From: Verrucomicrobiales bacterium
GTDB taxonomy: Bacteria; Verrucomicrobiota; Verrucomicrobiia; Verrucomicrobiales; DEV007
Assembly: GCA_037969585.1 (NCBI GenBank)
Contig: JBBKXR010000163.1
Span: forward strand, 17,553-81,552
Length of the DNA stretch: 64,000 nt
Direction of reading: 5' to 3'
This document shows positions 18,163 to 26,784 of this stretch, piece by piece. A program made the position numbers and the translations under genes. The notes beneath the pieces are model-generated. The model was not told the origin of the DNA. It worked only from the letters and a program-made list of their open reading frames with translations, and did not search any database. Position 1 is the stretch's first letter; each line of letters opens with the position of its first letter.

Positions 18163-18879
18163 TCATTGTAGCTTGAGCTCTACCTGAGGCACTGGGAGAT
18201 CGATTCCGACTTCGCGGGCGAACACCGGTTTTGCATCGCTTGCATTGGCGTCGACATAATGCCACCACTCGCTATCGATTTTGTTGAAGCCCGCGGTTTT
18301 CATCGCTGACTGCAACAGGGTGATGTTCTTGCGGACCTCCGCATTGTTGCCGACGTAGTTTGACCAGGCCCGCGGCGAAAATTCGTCGAAGGTCGACGGC
18401 ATAGGAACCTCATTGCCGTTGGTATCGGTAAGTGTGACGTCGACGGCGACCCCGTAAGTGTGGAATGACAAGCCCGTCTCGGGCGGTGCGACGTAGTTGG
18501 GATCAGGGTTCGAATACCAGAGTGCCATGTGCGAACTCGGCGGCCGCCAGCCGTCCCATATTTTCAGTCGATAACCTTGGGTTTCGACGAAGCGTTGGGC
18601 GATCAGCAACTTTTCGGCGGTATCGCGGTGCAGCAGACAGGGCATGTCAGCGGGGTAGAGGCGCTTCGAAGCGATGTTGCTGCGGGTGGCGTAGCGCAGA
18701 TCGATGACGACTCCAGGGACGGTGTCGGCGACGTAGACAAAGTTCTGACGCTGCACTAAGGCGCGTTGTTCCGCCGAGTACATATCGGGAAAGCGCTGGC
18801 GGTGGGCGCAGGTGACCAGGATCAACGCCGCGCTGGCGAGAAGCAAAATGGGTAGGAATCGTGGGAGTATTGAATTCAT
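18163..18879 (-). CDS. M15-family D-alanyl-D-alanine dipeptidase (VanX/DdpX-like), exported
   Basis: Signal/anchor MNSILPRFLPILLLASAALILVTC, zinc-site motif SFHTYGVAVDVTL and C-terminal EWWHY are present. Confidence 0.8.
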   Translation of the reverse strand: MNSILPRFLPILLLASAALILVTCAHRQRFPDMYSAEQRALVQRQNFVYVADTVPGVVIDLRYATRSNIASKRLYPADMPCLLHRDTAEKLLIAQRFVETQGYRLKIWDGWRPPSSHMALWYSNPDPNYVAPPETGLSFHTYGVAVDVTLTDTNGNEVPMPSTFDEFSPRAWSNYVGNNAEVRKNITLLQSAMKTAGFNKIDSEWWHYVDANASDAKPVFAREVGIDLPVPQVELKLQ

Positions 18880-18969
18880 CTAAAATTGTAGAAACTATAG
18901 ACTATTTGATGATATTGAGCGACTTTTCACCTTTTTTCGTTGGTTGCCCAGCGCTTTCCCTGCCGCGTC

Positions 18970-20178
18970 ATGCTTTTGCCCGAGACTTTCGTCACCCTAT
19001 TCCTCCCGATTGCCGCTGTGTTGATGGGCTGTTGCGTCGGTTCGTTTTTGAATGTGGTCATCTATCGGCTGCCTAACGATCTGAGCGTCAACGAACCGAA
19101 GCGTTCGTTCTGCCCGACGTGTAAGTATGATATTCCCTGGTATCAGAATTTGCCGATCTTCAGTTGGATATTGTTGCGCGGTAAATGCGCGTCCTGCAAG
19201 CAGTCGATCGCCCCGCGTTATCTCATGGTCGAGGCGCTGACCGGCGTTTGCTTTCTGGCGATCTGGAAAACGTTTGTGATCGACTTCGATACGTTGAACT
19301 CCGTTCTGGATGCGATGGAACCGGAAAACCGGACGGTTCTGGCGATGCTGAAAGTGATGGCGCCGAGCGTCGGTCACGTGTTGGCCTTGTGGATTCTTTT
19401 CGCGCTGCTGATCTCAGCGACTTTCATCGATTTTGATCACTTCATCATTCCCGATTCGATCACCATCGGTGGTCTGGTGGTTGGTGTTGTGGCGGCAACG
19501 GTGGTGCCTGGGATGCTCAACGAGACGGTATGGTATCGCGGTCTACTGATGTCGCTGATCGGTGCAGCGACGGGCTACGCGCTGCTCTGGCTGGTGGTTA
19601 ATCTCGGCAAGTTGGCCTTTGGGCGAATCAAATACGAGTTCGAAGAACCCGCTGTGTGGAAGGTTCATCAACCGAAGGATGCCGACGAGCCGATCATTCA
19701 CGTCGATGGCGATGACACGGGTTGGACGGACGTTTTTTATCGACCGACCGACCGCATGGTCATCGACGCGACCGAGGTGGTGATCAATGGCGAAAAGCGT
19801 GAGCCGGGTCGAGTGGTCGTGTTTGGAGATCGCTTTGAGTTACCGGACGGCGAAGTATTGAACCTCGACGACGTCAAGGAAGTCAGCGGGCGCTGCACCA
19901 AGGTCGTCATTCCGCGCGAAGCCATGGGATTTGGCGACGTGAAATTCATCGCCATGATCGGCGCCTTCCTCGGCTGGCAGGCGGTACTGTTCACGGTGTT
20001 CGCCGCGTCGATCATCGGAGCGGTAATTGGTGTCAGTCAAAAACTCGTGTCGAAAGAGGAATGGAAACGGCCCATCCCGTTTGGACCGTATCTGACGCTG
20101 GGAGCGGTGCTGTGGGTGTTCGCCGGTCCCGCCCTGATGTTTTGGTACTTCGGGCTGCTCGGCTTCGGTCGAGGCTGA
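18970..20178 (+). CDS. pilD: Type IV prepilin peptidase / N-methyltransferase (A24 family) with a ~100-aa insertion
   Basis: GSFLNVVIYRLP, the Cys pairs CPTC...CASC, the first Asp box FIDFDHFIIPD and the second Asp box GFGDVKFIAMIGAFLGW are present. Start at ATG 18970. Confidence 0.9.
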   Translation: MLLPETFVTLFLPIAAVLMGCCVGSFLNVVIYRLPNDLSVNEPKRSFCPTCKYDIPWYQNLPIFSWILLRGKCASCKQSIAPRYLMVEALTGVCFLAIWKTFVIDFDTLNSVLDAMEPENRTVLAMLKVMAPSVGHVLALWILFALLISATFIDFDHFIIPDSITIGGLVVGVVAATVVPGMLNETVWYRGLLMSLIGAATGYALLWLVVNLGKLAFGRIKYEFEEPAVWKVHQPKDADEPIIHVDGDDTGWTDVFYRPTDRMVIDATEVVINGEKREPGRVVVFGDRFELPDGEVLNLDDVKEVSGRCTKVVIPREAMGFGDVKFIAMIGAFLGWQAVLFTVFAASIIGAVIGVSQKLVSKEEWKRPIPFGPYLTLGAVLWVFAGPALMFWYFGLLGFGRG

Positions 20179-20187
20179 GCCAAAGGC

Positions 20188-21069
20188 TCAGGCGCCAATC
20201 GGGTGCCAGGCGGTTTTGTGCTCGAGGGTGTTGAGAATGCGGTAAGGGTCGGCAGCGTCGGAGCCGAACCAGTCCTCGTCGGTCGTGCAGGAATGGTTGG
20301 CGAACCGTTTTACGTTGTCGGCGACTCCGCTCTGTAGTGTAGCGGCAATGTCGGCGGAGCCCGATGCGTCGATGACGGCGTTGACGTCCATGTGGGAGGC
20401 CATGATCGGTGCGAGTTCGGCCCGCTGTCCGGTGAGGATGTTGACTACGCCGCCGGGCAGGTCGCTGGTGGCGAGAACTTCAGCCAGACTGATGGAGGGC
20501 AGGGGAGCGGTCTCGGAAGCTATGGCGACGACCGTGTTTCCACTGAGAATGATGGCGGCGATTTCGCTCACCAACGCGAGGAGCGAAGGTTGATCGGGGC
20601 AAAACAATCCGACCACGCCGGTCGGTTCTGGAGTGGTGAAATTGAAGTGGCTGCTGGCGACGGGATTCACGGCGCCGAAGACTTGATGGATCTTGTCGGT
20701 CCAGCCGGCGAAGTAGACCAGCCGGTCGACGCTGGCATCGATTTCGCGAGCGGCGTCTTTGGCGTTGGCGCCTGTGAGTGATCGAATCTCCTCTACGAAA
20801 GTGTCGCGTCGGCTCTCGAGCATTTCGGCCGCACGATAGAGGATCTGCCCACGCAGGTAAGCTGAGGTGCCGGCCCAGCCTCCAAAAGCCTTGCGGGCGG
20901 CGCGAACCGCATCGCGAAGATCCTTGCGCGAGGCGTGGCAGTAGTTGGCGAGATGAGCGTCAGTCTTGGCATCTGTGGCGATCATGTAGCGTCCGCTCTC
21001 AGTCCGCGGAAACGATCCGCCGATGTAGAGCTTGTAGGTTTTGAGTATGGCGAGGCGGGAACCGGGCAT
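20188..21069 (-). CDS. Aldehyde-dehydrogenase-like protein, N-terminal (NAD-binding) half only
   Basis: YKLYIGGSFPRTESG, ...AFGGWAG..., FNFTTPEPTGVVGLFCPDQPSL and LPGGVVNILTG align with ALDH N-terminal/cofactor-domain blocks. The protein ends at 293 aa, before the ELGG and catalytic-Cys blocks. Confidence 0.7.
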   Translation of the reverse strand: MPGSRLAILKTYKLYIGGSFPRTESGRYMIATDAKTDAHLANYCHASRKDLRDAVRAARKAFGGWAGTSAYLRGQILYRAAEMLESRRDTFVEEIRSLTGANAKDAAREIDASVDRLVYFAGWTDKIHQVFGAVNPVASSHFNFTTPEPTGVVGLFCPDQPSLLALVSEIAAIILSGNTVVAIASETAPLPSISLAEVLATSDLPGGVVNILTGQRAELAPIMASHMDVNAVIDASGSADIAATLQSGVADNVKRFANHSCTTDEDWFGSDAADPYRILNTLEHKTAWHPIGA

Positions 21070-21130
21070 GGTGCTGAATTCAGGACAGATTAGGGACTTT
21101 TTTTGAGGGTGTCGAGGGGAGGATACAGCC

Positions 21131-21147
21131 CTGTCATGAAATGACAG
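21131..21147. promoter_or_regulatory. Perfect 7-3-7 inverted repeat CTGTCATgaaATGACAG (candidate operator or hairpin)
   Basis: Read directly from the sequence. It lies in the 197-nt divergent intergenic region between the ALDH-like gene (start 21069, minus) and the membrane protein gene (start 21267, plus). Confidence 0.3.
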
Positions 21148-21266
21148 ATTATCGTATCAAGAGGAGGGAAAAATTGGCCAACGTCTGGTTTCGCTGGCAT
21201 TCACAATTCCCCTGCACTCGGTATTGAGTTTCGTAGCGCTCTGGTGTTGCATGGTGGGACCGACCA

Positions 21267-21713
21267 ATGGCTGACCCGAATCTTCCTCCTCCTGAAAAAG
21301 CCAATCCCATGGCGGTGGCGATTGCCGCGGGCTTGGTGGTGTTGCATACGCGGCGGTATCGGCGGAATCTTTTGTTTGGAATGACATTGGTGACGCTGCT
21401 GTGGACCTTTGTCGGTGCGGCATTCATCGGCGGGGCGCTGATGCAGCGTCCGGTGGCGTTCACGATTTACTGGATGGTGTGTTTTTTGTTGGTGTTGGCG
21501 CTGTCGATTATGGCGCTATACGATCTGATGCGGGTGCGCAAAGAGCATGGCAGGGAACAGCGTAAGCTCGAGGAGCGATTGGGTGAGGCGATGGATGAAA
21601 TCAAGGCCAAGGCCGCAGATGTCGGAATCGAAAGTGAAGGCACCAAGTTAGACGAGCGCACGGCGCCGGGGCAGACGGTGATCGATGTCGAGTCCGAGGA
21701 CGTTTCTAAATAG
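21267..21713 (+). CDS. Hypothetical membrane protein (3 TM) with charged coiled C-terminal tail
   Basis: 148-aa ORF with hydrophobic spans AVAIAAGLVVL, LLFGMTLVTLLWTFVGAAFIGGAL and VAFTIYWMVCFLLVLALSIMALY. It lies 7 nt upstream of dgt. Confidence 0.6.
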   Translation: MADPNLPPPEKANPMAVAIAAGLVVLHTRRYRRNLLFGMTLVTLLWTFVGAAFIGGALMQRPVAFTIYWMVCFLLVLALSIMALYDLMRVRKEHGREQRKLEERLGEAMDEIKAKAADVGIESEGTKLDERTAPGQTVIDVESEDVSK

Positions 21714-21720
21714 TGGGTCA

Positions 21721-22845
21721 ATGATTCGACGACGCGAAGATCTCGAGGCTGCTGAAGCGGCGGTGCTGGCACCGTGGGCGCAGCGTGTGGCAGATAGTTT
21801 TGGTCGCGAGCACGCGGAGCCTAAGCACAAGTTGCGGACCACTTATCAACGGGATCGCGCGCGGGTAATTCATTCCGAGGCGTTTCGTCGATTGGAATAT
21901 AAGACGCAGGTTTTTCTTAACGGGACGGGTGATCACCTGCGCACGCGATTGACGCACACGATGGAGGTCGCGTCGGTCAGTCGCGTGATCGCACGGGCGC
22001 TGGGTTTGAACGAAGACTTGGCGGAAGCGATCGCTCTGGCGCACGATCTCGGTCACGCGCCGTTCGGCCACACCGGCGAGGAGCGGTTGAACCGGCTGAT
22101 GAAGGGCCATGGTGGATTTGAACACAATTTGCAAAGCCTGCGCATTGTCGAGGTTATCGAGTCAAAGCATCCTGAGACACCGGGATTAAACTTGAGTTAC
22201 GAACTGCGCGAGGGCTTGCGCAAACATGACCAAGGTTATGTGCGTGGTGAGCAGAGTTTCCAGTCGCCATCTCTGGAAGCTCAGGTGGCAAATCTGGCGG
22301 ATGAGATCGCCTACTACAGTCACGACCTCGACGATGGTCTGGAGGCGGGACTGTTGTCGGAGCAAGAGCTGGAGGCGGTCGAGCTTTGGCGACGGTGTGC
22401 GGTTGGCGTGCAGGAGACTTTTCCCGGCTTCGATGGGGCTGGATTTCGGCGTCAGTTGATCCGAAATCTGATCGATCTCGAGGTCGAAGATGTAGTCACC
22501 GCGACGGCACAGCGAATTGAAGATTCGGGAGTGCAATCGGCGGACGATGTGCGGAGCCAGCCAAAATTACTGGTTGGCTACAGCGATGGAATGCGGCGCT
22601 GGAACCAGCAACTGCGCAAATTTCTCTACCAGAACCTTTACTTTCATCCGCAGGTAGCAGAGCCGAATCAGCGCGCGGCAGATCTTATCGAGCGTGTGTT
22701 CTGTGCTTGTCTGGAAAAGCCGGAGATCATGGGCCAATCGACGTTGAACCGCCGCAATCGAGACGGCCTGGAGCGCACTGCCTGCGACTATGTGTCCGGA
22801 ATGACCGATCGCTACCTGATGAGCGCGGCAGAGGAATTGGCCTGA
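21721..22845 (+). CDS. dgt: dGTP triphosphohydrolase-like HD-domain protein
   Basis: YQRDRARVIHSEAFRRLEYKTQVF, RLTHTMEVA and LAHDLGHAPFGHTGE are hallmark dGTPase/HD motifs. Start at ATG 21721. Confidence 0.88.
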   Translation: MIRRREDLEAAEAAVLAPWAQRVADSFGREHAEPKHKLRTTYQRDRARVIHSEAFRRLEYKTQVFLNGTGDHLRTRLTHTMEVASVSRVIARALGLNEDLAEAIALAHDLGHAPFGHTGEERLNRLMKGHGGFEHNLQSLRIVEVIESKHPETPGLNLSYELREGLRKHDQGYVRGEQSFQSPSLEAQVANLADEIAYYSHDLDDGLEAGLLSEQELEAVELWRRCAVGVQETFPGFDGAGFRRQLIRNLIDLEVEDVVTATAQRIEDSGVQSADDVRSQPKLLVGYSDGMRRWNQQLRKFLYQNLYFHPQVAEPNQRAADLIERVFCACLEKPEIMGQSTLNRRNRDGLERTACDYVSGMTDRYLMSAAEELA

Positions 22846-22886
22846 GTGCCAGCGATATTCTGTAATCGTGTATTCGGAATCGTTAA

Positions 22887-23531
22887 TCAGATCTCACCGG
22901 TCCTTGCATTGCAATAGGCTAGAAGCAAACGAAGCCGGGTGCGCAAATTGGGGATTTCAAGGATTTCCTGCTTCAGTTCCGGGTCACCGACGACGTTGTG
23001 GGCAATGACGTCGGCGGTTGCCGAGGCATTGTCGAGTTCACGTAGGTGCTCGGTGAGCGTCTCTGAGAGTGAGCCGTTGGCTGAACTGAGGCTTACCAAA
23101 TCGCTGGCGATTTGGTCGAGGTCGTCGGCAATTAGCTCGGTGAGGGAGTCGTCATGGGTGGAGGAATGGTCTTCGAAATCCTCAATCTCAGCGATACGGA
23201 ACGGATCGTGTTGGTGCCATCCACCGATTCTGATGCGCCGCACGCCTTGAAGGATGAGATTTGAGGTGCCGTCTGGCTGGGAAACACAGGCGCGAATCAG
23301 GGCTGCGGTGGAAACGCTGCGGATGGCGTCATCGTCGCGGTCGTCGGCATCTCGCTGGATGGTGCCAATGCAGAACATTCGGTCGGTCTCAAGGGCGTGG
23401 GCGAGCATTTCCCGATAGCGGGGCTCGAATATGCAGAGCGGCAGCAGGCAGTGGGGAAACAGGGTGCAATCGCTGAGTACCATGACGGGGAGCGTCGAGG
23501 GCAGGGGGATTTCTGAAGTGATGGGCTCCAT
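22887..23531 (-). CDS. Stand-alone LON N-terminal (substrate-binding) domain protein
   Basis: LPVMVLSDCTLFPHCLLPLCIFEPRYREML is the typical start of the Lon N domain. There are no AAA+ or protease modules. Confidence 0.75.
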   Translation of the reverse strand: MEPITSEIPLPSTLPVMVLSDCTLFPHCLLPLCIFEPRYREMLAHALETDRMFCIGTIQRDADDRDDDAIRSVSTAALIRACVSQPDGTSNLILQGVRRIRIGGWHQHDPFRIAEIEDFEDHSSTHDDSLTELIADDLDQIASDLVSLSSANGSLSETLTEHLRELDNASATADVIAHNVVGDPELKQEILEIPNLRTRLRLLLAYCNARTGEI

Positions 23532-23693
23532 ATGAGAGGCTATTACGATGTTCGGAGCAAAAAGGGAACGCGAGAATTTAGTTCGACGAAGCCCCCGATT
23601 TTATTTATTGCAAGAACAGCGAAACGTGGTTGATTCAGCGCCGTTAAGAAAAAGCCAAAAAGAACCTAAAACCCGCATCAAGGCGATGCCTCC

Positions 23694-23963
23694 TTGTCCA
23701 AGGAAATGACTGAAACAACCACAGATCTGAAAGAATTCCAACTGCACGACACCGACACCGGTAGTGCAGATGTCCAGGTAGCGCGTCTGACGACTCGCAT
23801 CACACACCTGACCGATCACCTTTCTCGGAATAAGAAAGATTTCTCATCCCGTCGCGGCCTGCTCAAGCTGGTGGCGACTCGGCGCAAGCTTCTGGACTAT
23901 TTGGCCAGAACTGACAACGAGCGTTATCAGAAAATTATCAAGACTCTCGGCTTGCGCCGTTAG
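23694..23963 (+). CDS. rpsO: 30S ribosomal protein S15
   Basis: [23 protein letters not shown]...[19 protein letters not shown]...[14 protein letters not shown] is unmistakably S15. Start is either TTG 23694 (gives the usual 89 aa) or ATG 23706. Confidence 0.93.
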   Translation: MSKEMTETTTDLKEFQLHDTDTGSADVQVARLTTRITHLTDHLSRNKKDFSSRRGLLKLVATRRKLLDYLARTDNERYQKIIKTLGLRR

Positions 23964-23971
23964 CTCTTCCG

Positions 23972-23998
23972 CCGGAATCGAGGATGCCTCGGTTTCGG
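23972..23998 (+). other. Stem-loop immediately after rpsO (possible attenuator/processing hairpin)
   Basis: ccggaatcgagg-atg-cctcggtttcgg forms a 12-bp stem including two G-U pairs, with a 3-nt loop, 9 nt after the rpsO stop. No clear U-tract follows, so it is not called a terminator. Confidence 0.4.
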
Positions 23999-24249
23999 CC
24001 GCGGTACTTTCTTGCCCGGATTCCCCGTGGCGAGCGATCCCGGTCATCGCTGACTTCAGGCGGTGGGCGTGACCTGCCTCATTATTGAAGGCCCCGACTC
24101 GCGCCGTTCTGCGCCTGTCTTATTTGATCAGAAATTTACGCTCACCGCTTCCGAAAATTTTTCGTCGAGCCCTGCTGAGTTGATTTTTCAATTTCCGCCC
24201 ACAGGCGAACCCATTCCAACCTAATTTCATTAACAGAAAGTAAAAAAAC

Positions 24250-26427
24250 ATGAGTATAGAAAACGTAACGTGCCAAGTCGGCGCGAATGAAATCACCATC
24301 GAGACCGGTAAGTATGCCAAATTGGCAGACGGCGCGGTCACCGTAAGTTGTGGCGAAACCAGTATCCTGGTTACCGCTGTCTCACAGACCAAAGTTCGCG
24401 AGGGCCAGGATTGGTTCCCGATGTCGGTCGAATACAAAGAAAAGGCGTCGGCTGCCGGACGTTTCCCGGGTGGCTACTTCAAACGTGAAGGCCGTCCGAC
24501 CGAAAAAGAAATTCTCACCTGCCGCATGACGGATCGCCCTCTGCGTCCGTTGTTCCCGAAGGGTTATCTTTTCGACACCCAGATCATCGCGCTGTTGCTC
24601 AGTGCTGATGGCGAAAACGACTCGGATGTTCTTAGCATCAATGGTGCTTCCGCAGCGTTGGCTCTTTCCGACATTCCCTTCGCTGGCCCGATCGGTGCTG
24701 TGCGCGTTGGTCTTGTCGACGGCGAGTTCGTCGTCAACCCGACTCACACGCAACGTGAAGAGAGCGATCTCGATCTGGTCTACGTCGGCAGTGCCGACCA
24801 GGTCATCATGATCGAAGGCTCCGCTGAAGAAATCGGCGAAGACAAATTCAAAGAAGCGTTGACCTATGCTCAGGGCCACGTCGCGGTTCTCGTCCAGGCT
24901 CAGAAGGATCTGGTCGCTAAGGCCGGTAAAGAAAAGCGCGTGCCGGACCTGATGACGGTTCGTCAGGAGCTTCTCGATATCGCCTACGAAATCGCTGGCG
25001 ACAAGATTGCCGACGCGATCTACAAACCTAGCAAGGTGGAGCGCGCTGCGGCGACCAACGCTCTGAAGAAAGATCTCGAGGCTGCGGTTCGCGAAAAATT
25101 CGAAGACGCCACCGATTTCGAAATCTCCCAGGCATTCGACTTTCTCCAGAAGAAAGCCTTCCGCGTCAGCATCATGGAAAAAGGTGTGCGCTGCGACGGT
25201 CGCGACACCGAGACCATTCGTGCGCTTTCCGGCGAGATCAACCTGTTGCCGCGTGCACATGGTTCGGCTCTGTTCGCTCGTGGTGAGACCCAGGCGCTGG
25301 CAGTGGCCACATTGGCTCCTGCTGACGAAGCGCAGTTCATCGACAACTATGCAGGTGGCGAAGACAGCAAGCGCTTCATGCTGCACTACAACTTCCCGCC
25401 GTTCAGCGTCGGTGAAACCGGTCGTGTCGGTGGTTTTAACCGCCGCGAGATCGGTCACGGTGCGCTCGCAGAGCGTTCTATCCTGCCGGTCATTCCTGAC
25501 ACCGATGAATTCCCTTACGCAATCCGCGTGGTCAGCGAAGTGATGGAGTCGAACGGCTCAACCTCGATGGCCAGTGTCTGTTCGGGCTCGATGTCGCTGC
25601 TCGCTTCCGGCGTGCCGATCAAACGTCACGTTGCCGGTATCTCAGTCGGTCTGGTTACCGAACTCAACGAAGACGGTAGCATCGATAAATACAAGACCAT
25701 GATGGACATCATCGGTTCCGAAGATTTCTTCGGCGACATGGACTTCAAGCTGTGTGGCACCTCAGAAGGTGTGACCGGTTACCAGCTCGACCTCAAGTTG
25801 CCGGGCATCCCGCTCGACATCCTGTTCGAGGCCATCGACAAAGCCAAAGCTGGTCGCGGCACGGTGCTCGACGTGATGAACTCGGTCATCGCTGAACCTT
25901 CAGCGCTCAGCGAACACGCTCCGCGCATCGAGAGCACCAAGATCGATCCTCAGAAGATCGGTGAACTCATTGGGCCCGGCGGTAAAAACATCAAGGGCAT
26001 CCAGGCCGAGACCGGTGCTGAGATCAACATCGAAGACGATGGCACCGTGCACATCTACGCCTCCAAGAAGGAAGCATTGGATCGCGCCATGGAGCTTGTT
26101 AATCGCGTCGGTGCTGAGATCGAAATCGGCAAGCTGTATGAAGGTAAGGTCGTTTCGACGACCAACTTCGGTGCGTTCATGGAAGTGCTGCCCGGCAAGG
26201 ATGGCATGATCCACATCTCGGAACTCGCTGACTTCCGCGTCGAAAAAGTCGAAGACGTCGTCAAGCGCGGTGACGTCATCGTTGCCAAGTGCATCGGCAT
26301 CGACGAGCGCGGTCGCGTCAAGATGAGCCGCAAGGCCGCTATGGCCGAACGCGCTGTCGAAGCGGACGCCGAACTAAACGCCGGTAACGGCGATGGTGGT
26401 GACGACGACAACGAAGATCGTGGCTGA
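24250..26427 (+). CDS. pnp: Polynucleotide phosphorylase
   Basis: 725 aa with two RNase PH-like domains ([12 protein letters not shown]; [13 protein letters not shown]), a KH region ([12 protein letters not shown]) and an S1 domain ([28 protein letters not shown]). Classical rpsO-pnp arrangement. Confidence 0.97.
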   Translation: MSIENVTCQVGANEITIETGKYAKLADGAVTVSCGETSILVTAVSQTKVREGQDWFPMSVEYKEKASAAGRFPGGYFKREGRPTEKEILTCRMTDRPLRPLFPKGYLFDTQIIALLLSADGENDSDVLSINGASAALALSDIPFAGPIGAVRVGLVDGEFVVNPTHTQREESDLDLVYVGSADQVIMIEGSAEEIGEDKFKEALTYAQGHVAVLVQAQKDLVAKAGKEKRVPDLMTVRQELLDIAYEIAGDKIADAIYKPSKVERAAATNALKKDLEAAVREKFEDATDFEISQAFDFLQKKAFRVSIMEKGVRCDGRDTETIRALSGEINLLPRAHGSALFARGETQALAVATLAPADEAQFIDNYAGGEDSKRFMLHYNFPPFSVGETGRVGGFNRREIGHGALAERSILPVIPDTDEFPYAIRVVSEVMESNGSTSMASVCSGSMSLLASGVPIKRHVAGISVGLVTELNEDGSIDKYKTMMDIIGSEDFFGDMDFKLCGTSEGVTGYQLDLKLPGIPLDILFEAIDKAKAGRGTVLDVMNSVIAEPSALSEHAPRIESTKIDPQKIGELIGPGGKNIKGIQAETGAEINIEDDGTVHIYASKKEALDRAMELVNRVGAEIEIGKLYEGKVVSTTNFGAFMEVLPGKDGMIHISELADFRVEKVEDVVKRGDVIVAKCIGIDERGRVKMSRKAAMAERAVEADAELNAGNGDGGDDDNEDRG

Positions 26428-26456
26428 TAGCTAAGACTAGCTGAATTACTGTCGAA

Positions 26457-26488
26457 GGGCGGGGGAGCAATCCTCCGCCCTTTTTTTT
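26457..26488 (+). terminator. Rho-independent terminator of pnp
   Basis: GGGCGGGGGA-gcaa-TCCTCCGCCC (10-bp stem with one G-U pair) followed by TTTTTTTT, 30 nt after the pnp stop. Confidence 0.9.
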
Positions 26489-26784
26489 GCATCGGAGAAA
26501 GGCACAGGAACGGGAAGCTGCTTGCCGATTGATCGATCGATTTACGAGAAGAACGGTCGCGTTGCGGGGCGCGAAACAGCCCTAAATTGTAGCCATTAGA
26601 GGAAATCTCGGCAGCATAGTGAAAAAACGGTGTTAAAAACGTTTGGAATGCTTGACGAGTGGCTCCGCATTGATCAGTCTGATGGGGAAATTTCTGATAA
26701 AAAGGCTTTTCCAAGGTGGAAAGACTGTGTTAATCCATCGCATTCGGTGAGAACCGACAACGTTTTCAGTTTTACAACTCGAGT

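Noticed and set aside
24382-25458. 358-aa ORF antisense to pnp
   Set aside because: It lies entirely inside the unmistakable pnp coding region on the opposite strand. Its composition is Arg/Val/Asp/Phe-skewed and it has no motifs. This is the typical shadow ORF of a GC-rich gene.
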